From Cyanophora paradoxa CCMP329 (taxonomy: Eukaryota > Plantae > Glaucophyta): a stretch of 64,000 bases of DNA. The translations under genes and the position numbers were made by a program. Position 1 is the first letter of the stretch. Every line of letters starts with the position of its first letter. Below are positions 14,201-24,461 of this stretch, piece after piece. The notes beneath the pieces are model-generated. The model made no database searches. It was not told where the DNA came from and worked only from the letters and a program-made list of their open reading frames with translations. The stretch is taken from contig QPMI01000005.1 of assembly GCA_004431415.1 (NCBI GenBank), positions 868,001 to 932,000 of the forward strand. Direction: 5' to 3'.

Positions 14201-17200
14201 GTTGAAGGGCCGGCTCATTCTCGACGGTCGAGCGCTGCGCGTCAGCCGAGTAAGCAGCGGGACCAAGGGCGGCGGAATCTACGTCGATTCCGAGAGCACG
14301 GACGATCAAATCCTCTTGCGCGATTCTGGGTTCTCGGAATGTGCTGCTTACACCGGAGGCTGCGTGTATGTCGCAAACTCGAACGGGCTTCGCTTGCGAA
14401 ACGTGACCCTGAGCCGAGGCAAGGTGCGATCGGCACAGAATATTTTGAGAGCGACTTCTTACTCTGTTTAATCTCCTGCACACGCGCAGGTCGAAGCGAG
14501 CGGAGGGGCGATGGTTGTCGAAGCTGGCTCCGCAGTCTGCGAGCAATGTGTCTTTAGCAAGAGTACGGCGGAAAGCGGCGGGAGTGTCTTTGTAACCGGA
14601 TCTGGAGTCCTAGAACTCATGAAGTCTGAAGTCATCCAATCCACCGCTGAGCAAGATGGTGCACTAATTGCAAAGAACTTAATTATCGAGATGCAGTCTC
14701 TTTATTGTCAATGCAATTGCAGGTGGCGGAGCTGCAGTTAGCGGGCAAGGGACGCTGCGACTCACGCAATCGTCATTCGTCGAGAACCGCGCGACAAGCG
14801 GGCGAGGAGGCGGGCTCTGGTGCGGCAAGCAGTCGCGATGCCGGCTCCAGCAGCGTTCGCTCATCGCAAGCTCGTCTGCACGGAACGGCGGCTGCATGTC
14901 CGTCGACGCTGCAGCCGATGTCGAAGTGGAAGACAGCGATCTCTCCGGATGCAAAGCGGCAGCGCAGGGAGGATGCATCCACGTGCAGGGAGAGCCGCTC
15001 ATGCAGCCCGATCGCGTACATTTGCTGCTCTCCCGCTCAAAATTGTCGGGGTGTTTCGCTGGAATATCGGGGGGCGGCGTCGCAGCGGACGACTTTGCTG
15101 TGGTTCGAATCGACGGCAGCAGCGTCAGCGGCAACCTGGCTGGTCTTTCAACGCTGTCAGAGGGACAGGCGCCTGTAGGGGACGCAGCTGGAGTGTATGC
15201 GGCTGGGCGAGCATCGGTCCGAATAACGACATCGACTCTGAAGGAGAACGTGGCTCAGCGGCGCGGGGGCGGTGTCGGGTCGGAGGCCGATGCGCGGCTG
15301 GTCTTGGACGGCACTCTGCTCGAAGGCAACGCCGCAAGTGAGCGCCTCGCCAGGAGTGCTCCGATGCAGAGTTTTGAGCAAAGTGCGCAGGGGAGGGCGG
15401 AGGCATCCACGCGTCGAGTCGAGACACGATGAAGTTGATTGCTTGCACGCTGCGGAACAACACTGCAGTTAGAGGAGGGGCCATCCTTGTCAAACAGGGC
15501 AACGCTAGCCTCGATTCTACCGCAGTTAGTCAGAACGAAGCGTCGCTGGGCGCAGGATTCTTCATCGAGAAGGATGCGTGCGGAGGGATTTCCTTTTCGA
15601 ATTCCTCCGTCTTCTCGAACAGCGCGAGTTTCGGCGGAGGCGGAATCTTCGTTAATACGCCGGACATTTCAGCGTGCACAAGCTTTTCCGCGCTTGCGTG
15701 CGCCGCCTATGCGGAGAACACGGCAGCCTATGGGCCCGCCTGTGCCACTCCGACCGAGCGAATCGTGCCGGAGCTTCTGTCGAGGCCAATCAATGTGGCG
15801 AGCGGCAAGCCCATTCTCTTCGAGGTGACTATGAAAGACGCGTACGGGTACGTGAGCGTGTTCCGTTTTCGAATGTCGGTATCCCTAAGGAAAGCCGCAG
15901 TTCCGTAGTGGCGGATACCGGAGCGCTCATTCAGGTGTCGGCTGCCAGCAATTTCCTTTCAGGTGAGCCTTTGCACGTTAGACGTTGTTAAAGAGCTGTG
16001 CAGCATTGCTAGAGCTGCGTAGTATTGCTAATTTGTTCTCATCTCCAGGCACAACCACAAACGCCACTTTGATCGGCGTCGCCGTTCTTTCGGATGTTCG
16101 CGTGATCGAAATGCCGGGTGCAGCGTACAACCTGAGCTTCTCTGTCGCGGATCGGCAGCTGCAGCCGGCCCCGCTCTCCGTTTTTCTGCGTGAGTGCATC
16201 CCAGGCGAAATCCTCGACAAGGTGGCCAAGCTCTGCAGCGAGTGGTGTGTTTGTGTTTGAAACTCAAAACGCCTTACAGGCTTCGTAGAATTGATGCCTC
16301 TGTTTATTGCGCAGCGGCCCCAATTTCTACAGCCTCAACCCTCAGGACGTCGCTTGCAGTCGGTGTCCAGAAGGCGCCTTGTGCGATGGGGGCTCGCGGA
16401 TTTACGCGAAAGAGTTCGTCTACGCGAGCGTCTAGCAGCAGTGCACTGCGCGCTCTGCTCGTAATCTTCTGAGCCGTCAATCGCGCAGAGGCTGGTTCCA
16501 AAGTGCATACGATCCGAACATCTTCATCGAGTGCCTGAACGGAAAGGAAAGCTGCCTCGGCGGACAGCCCTCGGCCTCGAGCTCTAGCACGCTTCTCCCA
16601 TCCAACAGCACCTGTCTGCGCAACGCGTCGGACCCAGGCGCAGCGACGGCGTCGAACACGACCCTGTGTCCTCCAGCTGGGCGCCGGAACCTGCTGGCGA
16701 TTTTAGTGGATACGGAGCTTGAGAGCCCGTACGTGTCGAAATGCAAGCCCGGGTACGAGGGACAGCTGTGCGGAGTTTGCGTGAACGGTTTTGGAAGGGC
16801 TGGTGCGTTCGGGTTTTTGTTTCCGCGCGATGCACGTTCACAGTCAGCAATCGCTAAGCTTAAGCGACTCGCGTCGCGATTGACCGCAGGGGACTACGCC
16901 TGCACCGAGTGCATGTCTCCTTCCGCTTCTGCTGCCATCGGGTTCTTCGTGGCACTGGCCTTTCTGCTTTTTGCGGGGTAAGCCGTGGCCTAGCGCAGTT
17001 GATTTGTATCAAATAATTGCTACCGCGGCCGACAACTGCGAACCGCAGATACATCACGTGGACGACAGTTTGTGATGCTAGCAACACGGACGAGGACGAG
17101 AAGCGCGGCATCTTCCTCCAGATCCTCCTCGAGTACCTGCAGCTCATCACCCTCTCGAAGAGCCTCTCCGTCCGGTGGCCGTCGGTGCTGAACGGGCTCC

Positions 17201-17781
17201 TCGGGGCCGAAGAGGCCATGGTCTCTCCGATGGAGCGCGTCGTCAACCTCGACTGCGTGCTCGGACTGACGAGGGAAGGCCACTCCGGAATCCGCCCAGT
17301 CTTCGCGAAGCTTCTGTGCGTAAGAGGCATCCGTTTTTTATGTGCTCATGAGCTTGACTGATGGCGCGTTTGCAACAGCTTCTATATTCTGCTGCCCACG
17401 ACGGCGACCGGTGTGTAATCATTGAATTTGTTTCGATCTTGAGATTCGTGCTGAAACCTTGGATCAGTGTTACCCTTCCTGATTGCGCTGCTGGTGCCGG
17501 TTATGCACGTTAGCTCAAAATATATTTCACGATGGACATCGGCGCTTCTCCGGCTCGCGACTCGGCGGATCAGGAAGCCAGATGATTCCTCGGCGACGGA
17601 TGACAGCCCAACGCAGCAAGCAGCCGATGGCACTGAGACCAGCGCTAGCGGAGACGGTAAGAACAACTGTGCCCGCAGAGAAAGCGCGGCAGCTGTCAAT
17701 GAGGAAGCGGACGCTATGTTGGAGGCAGTCATGGAGATGGACCTGCGCAAGAGCAGCTTCTGGGAGAACGCGAAGCACATC
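1..17781 (+). CDS. Host multi-exon gene (5' partial, 3' interrupted): giant cell-surface receptor/adhesin with CUB, IPT/TIG, beta-helix, Cys-rich and TM regions
   Basis: GC-rich + strand ORF pieces are separated by short GT..AG introns and give a coherent domain series. The last exon reads ...RKSSFWENAKHI and runs directly into AT-rich viral DNA. Exon boundaries were not individually resolved, and more than one gene cannot be excluded. Confidence 0.75.
6490..11290 (+). other. Exons encoding IPT/TIG repeats of the host gene
   Basis: ILSVSPASGKLAGGSTVTLSG, VLSIAPDHGPRN..VTITG, IDAVSPQEGPLEGGTPVTLAG, GSVRGGERVTILGRGM. Confidence 0.8.
12050..15760 (+). other. Exons encoding a pectin-lyase-like/polymorphic-membrane-protein right-handed beta-helix
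   Basis: Starts with DGSYERPFETIARAL..VVLMPGRH, followed by many GGA(I/L/V) and FxxNxA repeats (GGGALSV, DGGALFV, QGGAMYI, RGGAILV, FSNSASFGGGGIF). Confidence 0.75.
16190..17781 (+). other. Exons encoding the Cys-rich stalk and start of the multi-pass TM region of the host gene
   Basis: CKPGYEGQLCGVCVNGFGR, CTECMSP then a hydrophobic helix, IFLQILLEYLQLI..WPSVL..LDCVL; typical of protist adhesion-like multi-TM proteins. Confidence 0.6.
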
Positions 17782-17866
17782 ACACATATTGAAAAACGAA
17801 TTTAAATCCCTCCGCTTCGCGCTTCGCGCTTCGCTCCTGGATTTAAATTCGTTTTTCAATATGTGT
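17782..17866. repeat. Terminal perfect 28-bp inverted repeat with a 29-nt loop holding 3x GCGAAGC (minus strand)
   Basis: ACACATATTGAAAAACGAATTTAAATCC (17782-17809) pairs with GGATTTAAATTCGTTTTTCAATATGTGT (17839-17866). Confidence 0.95.
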
Positions 17867-18187
17867 TAATTTAATACTAAAATACATATTTTTCGATTAA
17901 TTTCTTTAACTTTTTATGCAAACTTTGTATAAAATAATGCAAACTTTGTATTAAAAAATGAAAACGCGTTTACCAAAATGCATATTTTCGATTAAACTTC
18001 GATAGATTCAATTGATCTTATATCGATTGATTATGTACTTTGTTGTTTACATACAAATCTGCGATAGATTAACATTAAACTACTTAAAGATCGATATAAT
18101 CGCGATTAAATTGCATAAATTCGCATAAACTCGATATATCTCTCATGTATTGAAGTAGACCACCGCCCATTCTGTATCGAAAAACAC

Positions 18188-18445
18188 AAAAAGTGTCACA
18201 GAGTTGCATTGTGTCCAATTGAACAATCGATGAGATTGCTGATGTACATTTTTGCACCGAAAAAGTGTCACAGAGTTGCATTATCTCCAATTAAACAATC
18301 GATTAGATTGCGGGATTTTCTATTGGAATATATCGGAACTGCATGGTCTCCAATTAAACAATCGATGAGATTGCGGATGTATATTTTAGATTGAAAAAAG
18401 TGTCACAGAGTTGCATTATCTCCAATTGAACAATCGATTAGATTG
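18188..18445 (+). repeat. Subterminal direct repeats (~50-bp core, 4 copies, one partial)
   Basis: AAAAAGTGTCACAGAGTTGCATTRTSTCCAATTRAACAATCGATKAGATTGC at ~18188, 18261, 18339 (partial) and 18394. Confidence 0.85.
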
Positions 18446-18559
18446 CATATGTTCTATAAAACAGAATAATTGAGATCAAGTGTGACAGGTAGTATTCAAA
18501 TGATATTCAGTAAGAGATAGTTTTGTTTTTGAGAAAGTCAGTAAGAGGGGTGGAATGTC

Positions 18560-18953
18560 TGTGACGCCTGTGACGGCTGTGACGCCTGTTTTCAGAAGTC
18601 TGTCATTTTTGAAAATTTTAAAAAGTTTGAAAATAGGCGTCACAGGCGTCACAGGCGTCACACTCAATTAAATTAGGTGTCACAGCGAAATTGCAGACCA
18701 TTTCCAGTAAGACAACTTTGCATTTTCAAAAAGGTTGATTAATGGATAGTGTTTTGGAGGTGTCAGAGGTGTCACAAGACGGATTTCAGTAAGACAAGAA
18801 TATATTCTCGAAAATCTCAGTAAGAGAAAGAGATTCCATTTTTAATTGGGTGTGACGCCTGTGACGGCTGTGACGGCTGTTTTCAGAAGTCTGTCATTTT
18901 TGAAAATTTTAAAAAGTTTGAAAGTAGGCGTCACAGGCGTCACAGGCGTCACA
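18560..18953. promoter_or_regulatory. Two iteron-like units (3x TGTGACG(C/G)C - AT-rich core - 3x GGCGTCACA); candidate replication origins
   Basis: Units at 18560-18662 and 18851-18953 form a direct repeat with ~290-bp period. Function is inferred. Confidence 0.6.
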
Positions 18954-19177
18954 GTCAATTAAATAGGTGTCACACCCGATTATCTGACCATTTTCAGTAA
19001 GACCATCTGAAATTCTGAATTTCTCAGTGTCAACTAACTCGGAAATCGCAATACTCTATGTTTCTCCGATTTCTCCAACCCTGAAAACACACCTGTTATT
19101 CTCTCATCTATCTCATGAGATACTCTCGTTTCGCCAAAAATTGACAAACGATTTCCCATCATGCTGTAAAGGAAACA

Positions 19178-19443
19178 TGCCGATTAACCAGCAATATCAC
19201 AATTTCCATGGAACTTACATCTTGATTGTGAATAGAATGCAAGATCATTATGAGATCTTTCAAGAGATGGGATTGCGAATTACAAGGAGATCAACTCTTT
19301 GTAGATTCTTGAAAAAGAATGGTGCTAAATGGGATAAGACAATTCGCCGATGGTATACAGAGGATGCTAAGAGTCCCCTTCTTAATATTTTCGAGACAGA
19401 TGGAGAGTTCTTCTATCAGGATCGGTTTAATCATTACCAATAG
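19178..19443 (+). CDS. Small protein with a GAKWD..RRWY motif (DUF5710-like)
   Basis: LKKNGAKWDKTIRRWY; start codon uncertain (ATG at 19178 or 19238). Confidence 0.45.
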
Positions 19444-20359
19444 CCAAGAACTCCAACTGGAATGAGTTGTCAATCCCATTCATATCTACAAGATCACCAT
19501 AATAATCTCGAAACTCAACTGTTAACTCTCTAATCACCAGGTTTCGATCGGTTATTTTTATGTATTCACTGTGCTCTCCACTGTGATATACATACTGCCC
19601 AATATCTTTACTTAACTGCAATCTGAGAATCGCCCCTTGATTCTGTGGTTGTGATCTTGGGACAATATTGTGGTTTGTAGCAAATGGGGAGAGTTCTTTA
19701 ATGTGCATGTATAAATACTGTTCTGCATTCATGTCTGTCATCTTGGCTGCTTCTAACTTGTAGTTTAAGCGAGATGCCTCGAATTCATATCCTGTAAATG
19801 TTATTCCCCATTGGGGATGGTTTGGGGTGATTGGTATTCCTGCAAAATAGAGGAAATTCTCGGGAGCATATAAAGACCTTGCAGACTCTGGGAAATCGTA
19901 GTTCTGCTCTAATGAAGCGACCCAGTCAACAGAACTCACCCCAAGAAGTTTACCCAATCTCTGTGTAGATGCTACCATCTCGAATTGAACATTACTGTAA
20001 AACTCTAATTTGTAGGAGGTAGGATTGTAGTAGACCTTGAATGCATATGTGAGATTGTTGCTCCCAGTAAATGTGAAATTCAGACCATAATTATATGGAC
20101 TGGTGACCCCGAAATGCCCTTGATTAATATAACCACTTGGGAGAAGGAAGACCTGCTTGGTTTCAGAGATGCCTTGGTAGTAGAATCTGACAAGAAGGTG
20201 ATCTGTTCCAATGGAGTTATAGATGCTGTTGGGGATTTCTGCATACAAAACTCGACATTCTCTTGGTTTGGTCACTGGGGTTGTGAGTGCAACTTTGTAG
20301 GAGTTTTCTATTTGTCCATCTGATCGGTCTCTGCTATCTATATTGACCAGCCGAATCAT
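19427..20359 (-). CDS. Minor capsid (penton) protein, outer virus
   Basis: N-terminal VNIDSRDR, EIPNSIYN, and C-terminal LTVEFRDYYGDLVDMNGIDNSFQLEF, typical of PLV/Polinton pentons. Confidence 0.8.
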   Translation of the reverse strand: MIRLVNIDSRDRSDGQIENSYKVALTTPVTKPRECRVLYAEIPNSIYNSIGTDHLLVRFYYQGISETKQVFLLPSGYINQGHFGVTSPYNYGLNFTFTGSNNLTYAFKVYYNPTSYKLEFYSNVQFEMVASTQRLGKLLGVSSVDWVASLEQNYDFPESARSLYAPENFLYFAGIPITPNHPQWGITFTGYEFEASRLNYKLEAAKMTDMNAEQYLYMHIKELSPFATNHNIVPRSQPQNQGAILRLQLSKDIGQYVYHSGEHSEYIKITDRNLVIRELTVEFRDYYGDLVDMNGIDNSFQLEFLAIGND

Positions 20360-20387
20360 TTTAATATATGTTTATAGATAAAAGAAG

Positions 20388-21398
20388 ATGCCTGTGGATT
20401 ACATCGAAGTGAGCTCTTTCAATACAATTTCGGGAGATGGACCAACTTCGAGTTTTATTGCTCGCCTCCCCAGCACCTATGAATTTGTGAGAGCAGTAAG
20501 ACTGGTTTCAGCAGAATTCTATAACAGCATTCCCATGGTGAGTGGTGAAACCAAAGTAGGAGATGTGACAATAGATAATGCAATCTACCTTTATTGGTCT
20601 GAATATTATTCTGGTGCAGGAAGCACTGGTATTCCAACTGATCGACCTGCTGCCGATTATGAGCAATGGAAGCACATTGTGATAAGTCGCAGCACACCCA
20701 TTCAAAACCACCAACAACTGGTGAATGTAATTAACTCCAAACTTGCATTGAGAGAGCCACCAGTAGCAATTCGCTGTAAATGGGATGATACACTGAAACG
20801 AGTAATATTCCATTCCACCATACCGTTTTACCTGGCTTTCTCAACTGCAATAAACCCAACCCAGGCGCAGATTCAGAGGTTTTTGAGTTCTGCTCGACTG
20901 CTTGGTCTTGATCCTGGGAGATATGGTAACACCCCAATCCAATCACAAGTTTATAATACTCTTACTGATGGTATCTTTACTGGGTCGATGGTGCATGGTA
21001 TCATATCTTCATTTGAACCTGAAAAGACCAGGGATAGTGTTCTGTTTGTGAGAGTAAAGGAGTTGGGTGATCTGGTTCAATGTGGTGATGGTCTCCTCAC
21101 TGGATATTTCCACAAAATCGTTGTTCCAGATAAAGATTATGGTGAGCATGTCGTTTATAATTCGACAGAAGCCCATCCGATTTATAAATACTATAACAAG
21201 AATCTGGGACTTTCCACATTTTCGGTTGATATTGTGAATGCAGTTAATGAACCAATTGATTTCGAGGGTCAACCTGTCCACCTCACCTTCGAAATTCGAT
21301 ATGGTGATGAACCTGCTGGTGATCCTGTGTACGAATACTTCAAGAGGAGAATGGCGGAAACACATCCATCTTATCCGGTTATTGCGAATTTTGCGTAA
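20388..21398 (+). CDS. Second minor capsid (penton)-like protein
   Basis: Same framework as the first penton: YIEVSS..SSFIARLP..VRLVSAEFYNS; LFVRVKEL; FSVDIVNAVNEPIDFEGQPVHLTFEI. Confidence 0.7.
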   Translation: MPVDYIEVSSFNTISGDGPTSSFIARLPSTYEFVRAVRLVSAEFYNSIPMVSGETKVGDVTIDNAIYLYWSEYYSGAGSTGIPTDRPAADYEQWKHIVISRSTPIQNHQQLVNVINSKLALREPPVAIRCKWDDTLKRVIFHSTIPFYLAFSTAINPTQAQIQRFLSSARLLGLDPGRYGNTPIQSQVYNTLTDGIFTGSMVHGIISSFEPEKTRDSVLFVRVKELGDLVQCGDGLLTGYFHKIVVPDKDYGEHVVYNSTEAHPIYKYYNKNLGLSTFSVDIVNAVNEPIDFEGQPVHLTFEIRYGDEPAGDPVYEYFKRRMAETHPSYPVIANFA

Positions 21399-21452
21399 AA
21401 TCAAGGATCATTGGTGAATTTTTTATGTTGCAGTATAATAAAAGAGATAATC

Positions 21453-22826
21453 ATGGATATTACTTCGACCCTCCAACGTCTTTCTCTGAAAGAAGCTCTA
21501 ACAACCCCGGAAGAAGCCAAGGCGTTCTTCTTGGACAACTCTCTCATGCTTGGTCTTGAATCCAAGTCGAAGCCAGTTCTTGTTGTTGTGAACCCAAGCA
21601 ACACTTTCGAGAATAATGCTGGAAATCGCATTTCTTTCAAGCTCCCTCGCTACAATTTCTGTGGGAAACTCGAACTTGCGTTTGACCTTCCAGCTGTCAC
21701 TTTTGCTGGTGATACCGACCTTGTTCGCAATGGATACGTTCGCCCAGTTGGTGCTCTTGTCTCTCGACTTGAAATTACCTATGGATCTTACACCTTCCAT
21801 GTGCCTTCTGATTTCCTTGCTCATTTCCCTCTTATCTATTGCAGTGAGGATCAACTCGCCAAGAAGAAGCGTTCAATGGGAATGGTTCATGGTATCCCTG
21901 CCCATGGAACCAACCGACTTGGTGGGTCATTTTTCACTGAAATCCCAGTCCCATGGCTAAACCACTACCTACCTCTTGGTGCTCTCTCAGGAGAAATGGT
22001 GGTAACTGTCTGGTTCAAGGATGCTGGAAAGGGTTATGTTGAGACTTCTTATGGTGTTCGTGCTCTTCCAGTTGTTGGTGGAACAGCTGCTGATAAGACA
22101 GAGGATGATGGACTTGGTGCTACTGCTAATGCTACTCTTGCCCATGTTGGTCAACAAATCACCACTTTTGGAATTGGTGCAACAACAACCCCCGAAATTA
22201 AAGTCACTTCTCCTCGTCTTTACATGCATGCTATTAATGTTTCTGATGAACTGTTTGCTACTGTCATTGAGAAGGTGAAGACCACTGGTATGGCTATTCC
22301 TGCTCTGGATATTGGTTTCGTAGACAGTGTCAATTTTGCTGCAAAAGGCAATGCTCAACCAAATCGTATTAACCTGTCACAGATCTCTGGTCTTGTCTAT
22401 GGTCTTCTTGTTTCAGTTCGTGATGCCGCAGGTATTGATGGTTTCAATGGTTCCCACAGTGTCCTAAAAACGCATGCTAACTCAAAAGACATTACTTTCA
22501 CTGTTGAAATTAATGGTCAACGTCTCTATGCTACTGAGCCCATCCCTCTCCTCAAAGGTGCCGAATTAATTGCGGATGCCTTCAAGTGCTCGAATATGGA
22601 CAAGGTTGCAGACAAATATGTCCTCAGTGGTCTACCATTCTGTGTTGATGGAGAGAAAGCGATTCGCAACATTGCCCAGTCTGGCTATGTTGATCTCACG
22701 AACTCCTCCTCCTCTTTCCTCACTCTATACATGCCTTCTGACCAGACAATCACAGTTAATGTTCGTGCTCTCATGCACAGTTTCATTATTGTTGACAAAG
22801 ATGGGCTCCGACGAATTAATCTGTAA
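21453..22826 (+). CDS. Major capsid protein (double jelly-roll), outer virus
   Basis: 457 aa, beta-rich, between pentons and ATPase; ISFKLPR..GKLELAFDLP; visibly homologous to inner MCP (LKEALTTP vs LKELLVTP; LSQISGLVYGLLVSVR vs LANVSGLVHSILMTVR). Confidence 0.8.
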   Translation: MDITSTLQRLSLKEALTTPEEAKAFFLDNSLMLGLESKSKPVLVVVNPSNTFENNAGNRISFKLPRYNFCGKLELAFDLPAVTFAGDTDLVRNGYVRPVGALVSRLEITYGSYTFHVPSDFLAHFPLIYCSEDQLAKKKRSMGMVHGIPAHGTNRLGGSFFTEIPVPWLNHYLPLGALSGEMVVTVWFKDAGKGYVETSYGVRALPVVGGTAADKTEDDGLGATANATLAHVGQQITTFGIGATTTPEIKVTSPRLYMHAINVSDELFATVIEKVKTTGMAIPALDIGFVDSVNFAAKGNAQPNRINLSQISGLVYGLLVSVRDAAGIDGFNGSHSVLKTHANSKDITFTVEINGQRLYATEPIPLLKGAELIADAFKCSNMDKVADKYVLSGLPFCVDGEKAIRNIAQSGYVDLTNSSSSFLTLYMPSDQTITVNVRALMHSFIIVDKDGLRRINL

Positions 22827-22888
22827 AACCATGATCAGTAACGTTTCGTTATTTTTATCTATCTTTAATAAGAAAGATCTACAAAGCC

Positions 22889-23671
22889 ATGAACGACTTA
22901 GAGGAGTTTAATGCAGGTGAAATGATTAACCCACCATTTCGTGCACTTTTCATAGGCAAGTCTGCAACAGGTAAGTCAGAATGTGTGAAATATTGGTTGA
23001 AACAGCTGCATGATGCGAAAAAGATTGATACTGTTCTTGTTGTGAGTGGGACGTCCTTCAATCATTTTTGGGATGCAGTAGCCACATTGCAACTCGGGAA
23101 ATGGGATGCTGCTTACATTTCCAAATTACTGGATGAAAGGCAGGAGAAAATCGAAAAAGGGGAACCGGTCAATCACCTCTGTGTGGTCTTAGATGATTTA
23201 ATAGACAACGAAATCATTGACTTGACCCGAGACAAAATCGTGGGATCCCTGTATTCCAGAGGTCGCCATTCGAAAATCTCGATTATTTGCATCACACAGA
23301 AGCTGAGGAAGGTTTCATCAACAATTCGAGTAAATTCGGATTATGCTGTGTTTCTGAGTGCTGCAAATCGCAAAGAACTCGAAGCCATTGAAGAGGAGTA
23401 CAATATCATGCGAAACAAGGACGATTTCTATAAGATGTTTGAGGAGTATGTACACTCCTACCAATATATTGTGTGGTCTTCTGCGAATTATTCGGTGAAC
23501 TATTATGTTGATAAAGCGGATCTGGTCAAAGATTTCCCATTTCCTCGGTTCCACAGGAAGCCCAAAAAGAAAGAGGACGAATTACCATCTCCACAGAAAG
23601 AGGAAGCCCCAAAAGAGGTCAAGAGTGGTGTTCATTCGAATAAACTGATGCGATATAAGAGAGGTTTGTAA
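22889..23671 (+). CDS. A32/FtsK-like DNA packaging ATPase, outer virus
   Basis: Walker A GKSATGKS, Walker B VVLDD, RGRHSKIS..TQ, IRVNSDY. Confidence 0.92.
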   Translation: MNDLEEFNAGEMINPPFRALFIGKSATGKSECVKYWLKQLHDAKKIDTVLVVSGTSFNHFWDAVATLQLGKWDAAYISKLLDERQEKIEKGEPVNHLCVVLDDLIDNEIIDLTRDKIVGSLYSRGRHSKISIICITQKLRKVSSTIRVNSDYAVFLSAANRKELEAIEEEYNIMRNKDDFYKMFEEYVHSYQYIVWSSANYSVNYYVDKADLVKDFPFPRFHRKPKKKEDELPSPQKEEAPKEVKSGVHSNKLMRYKRGL

Positions 23672-23699
23672 AATAATCTCTGCTTCTAATAAATATACA

Positions 23700-24434
23700 A
23701 TGCCTTCCAAACGCAAAGTTGGTGTTCCTGCCGGTGCTATGTCATATTCTGCATCCTCTGGAACCGGTTCTATTAACACAGATCCCATGAAATTCAATGG
23801 TGTCAATGAAGTTAAAGCATCACAGCAACAGGAGGATCCCCTCAATGCTGCTTACGAAGAATCACCAGATGATAAAGCACCCCAAGCATCCACCAGTGAT
23901 CAACTCAATATTTCGCCCGAAACCTCTAAGATGAAGGCAGTTGGTGAAGGAGCTCGTCGAATTATTGGTGCTGCTGATGACAAAGGACTGGGTCTCCAAG
24001 ATCTCTCACTGGCTCGCAAAGGTGAAGGTGTCTCCAAAGAATCAGACAAGGTAATTCAATCCATGGCTGGTGAGGTCACCTACAAGGTTGCTCCCACACA
24101 GAATATTCATCGAATTCCCAAAGCCCAATGGGACGAAATGACTGCGAAACTTAAAGATCTGGAAGCGAAATCCAGTGCTCTTGAACAGTATGTCTCTGAG
24201 AAGAAAGAGAGAGCGAAATTGAAGGAGATGCTGCGAAAGGAGGTGTACAGAATGGGAATCACTGGTCTCCCAGATAAGCAATTCATTGGTAAGAAAGAGA
24301 CTCAAATTGATGAGCAAGCAGTTGATGAGATGAAGACCAAAACCCAAAAGGGCACCATTGAACCTGGTGCTACCAAATCAGAGGTTGATAAAGGTGTTGC
24401 CCCAACAGTATATAAACGACGAGTTTGGCTTTAA
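23700..24434 (+). CDS. Hypothetical protein (244 aa, charged/coiled-coil)
   Basis: Long ORF tightly packed after the ATPase with an AT-rich leader. Confidence 0.7.
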   Translation: MPSKRKVGVPAGAMSYSASSGTGSINTDPMKFNGVNEVKASQQQEDPLNAAYEESPDDKAPQASTSDQLNISPETSKMKAVGEGARRIIGAADDKGLGLQDLSLARKGEGVSKESDKVIQSMAGEVTYKVAPTQNIHRIPKAQWDEMTAKLKDLEAKSSALEQYVSEKKERAKLKEMLRKEVYRMGITGLPDKQFIGKKETQIDEQAVDEMKTKTQKGTIEPGATKSEVDKGVAPTVYKRRVWL

Positions 24435-24461
24435 TTATCTTGCATTAAGAGAGAGAGCATC

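Noticed and set aside
17770-17776. GCGAAGC in the host exon next to the insertion as a targeting signal
   Set aside because: A single 7-mer in GC-rich DNA is plausible by chance; other insertion sites would be needed.
1-17781. Numerous overlapping and antisense ORFs in the host region, and low-complexity ORFs over minisatellites (18476, 35163, 48628, 56608)
   Set aside because: By-products of GC-rich exons or tandem repeats; only the spliced + strand frame gives coherent domains.
18188-18953. CRISPR-like array
   Set aside because: Repeats are degenerate, without regular unique spacers; no cas genes; eukaryotic viral context.
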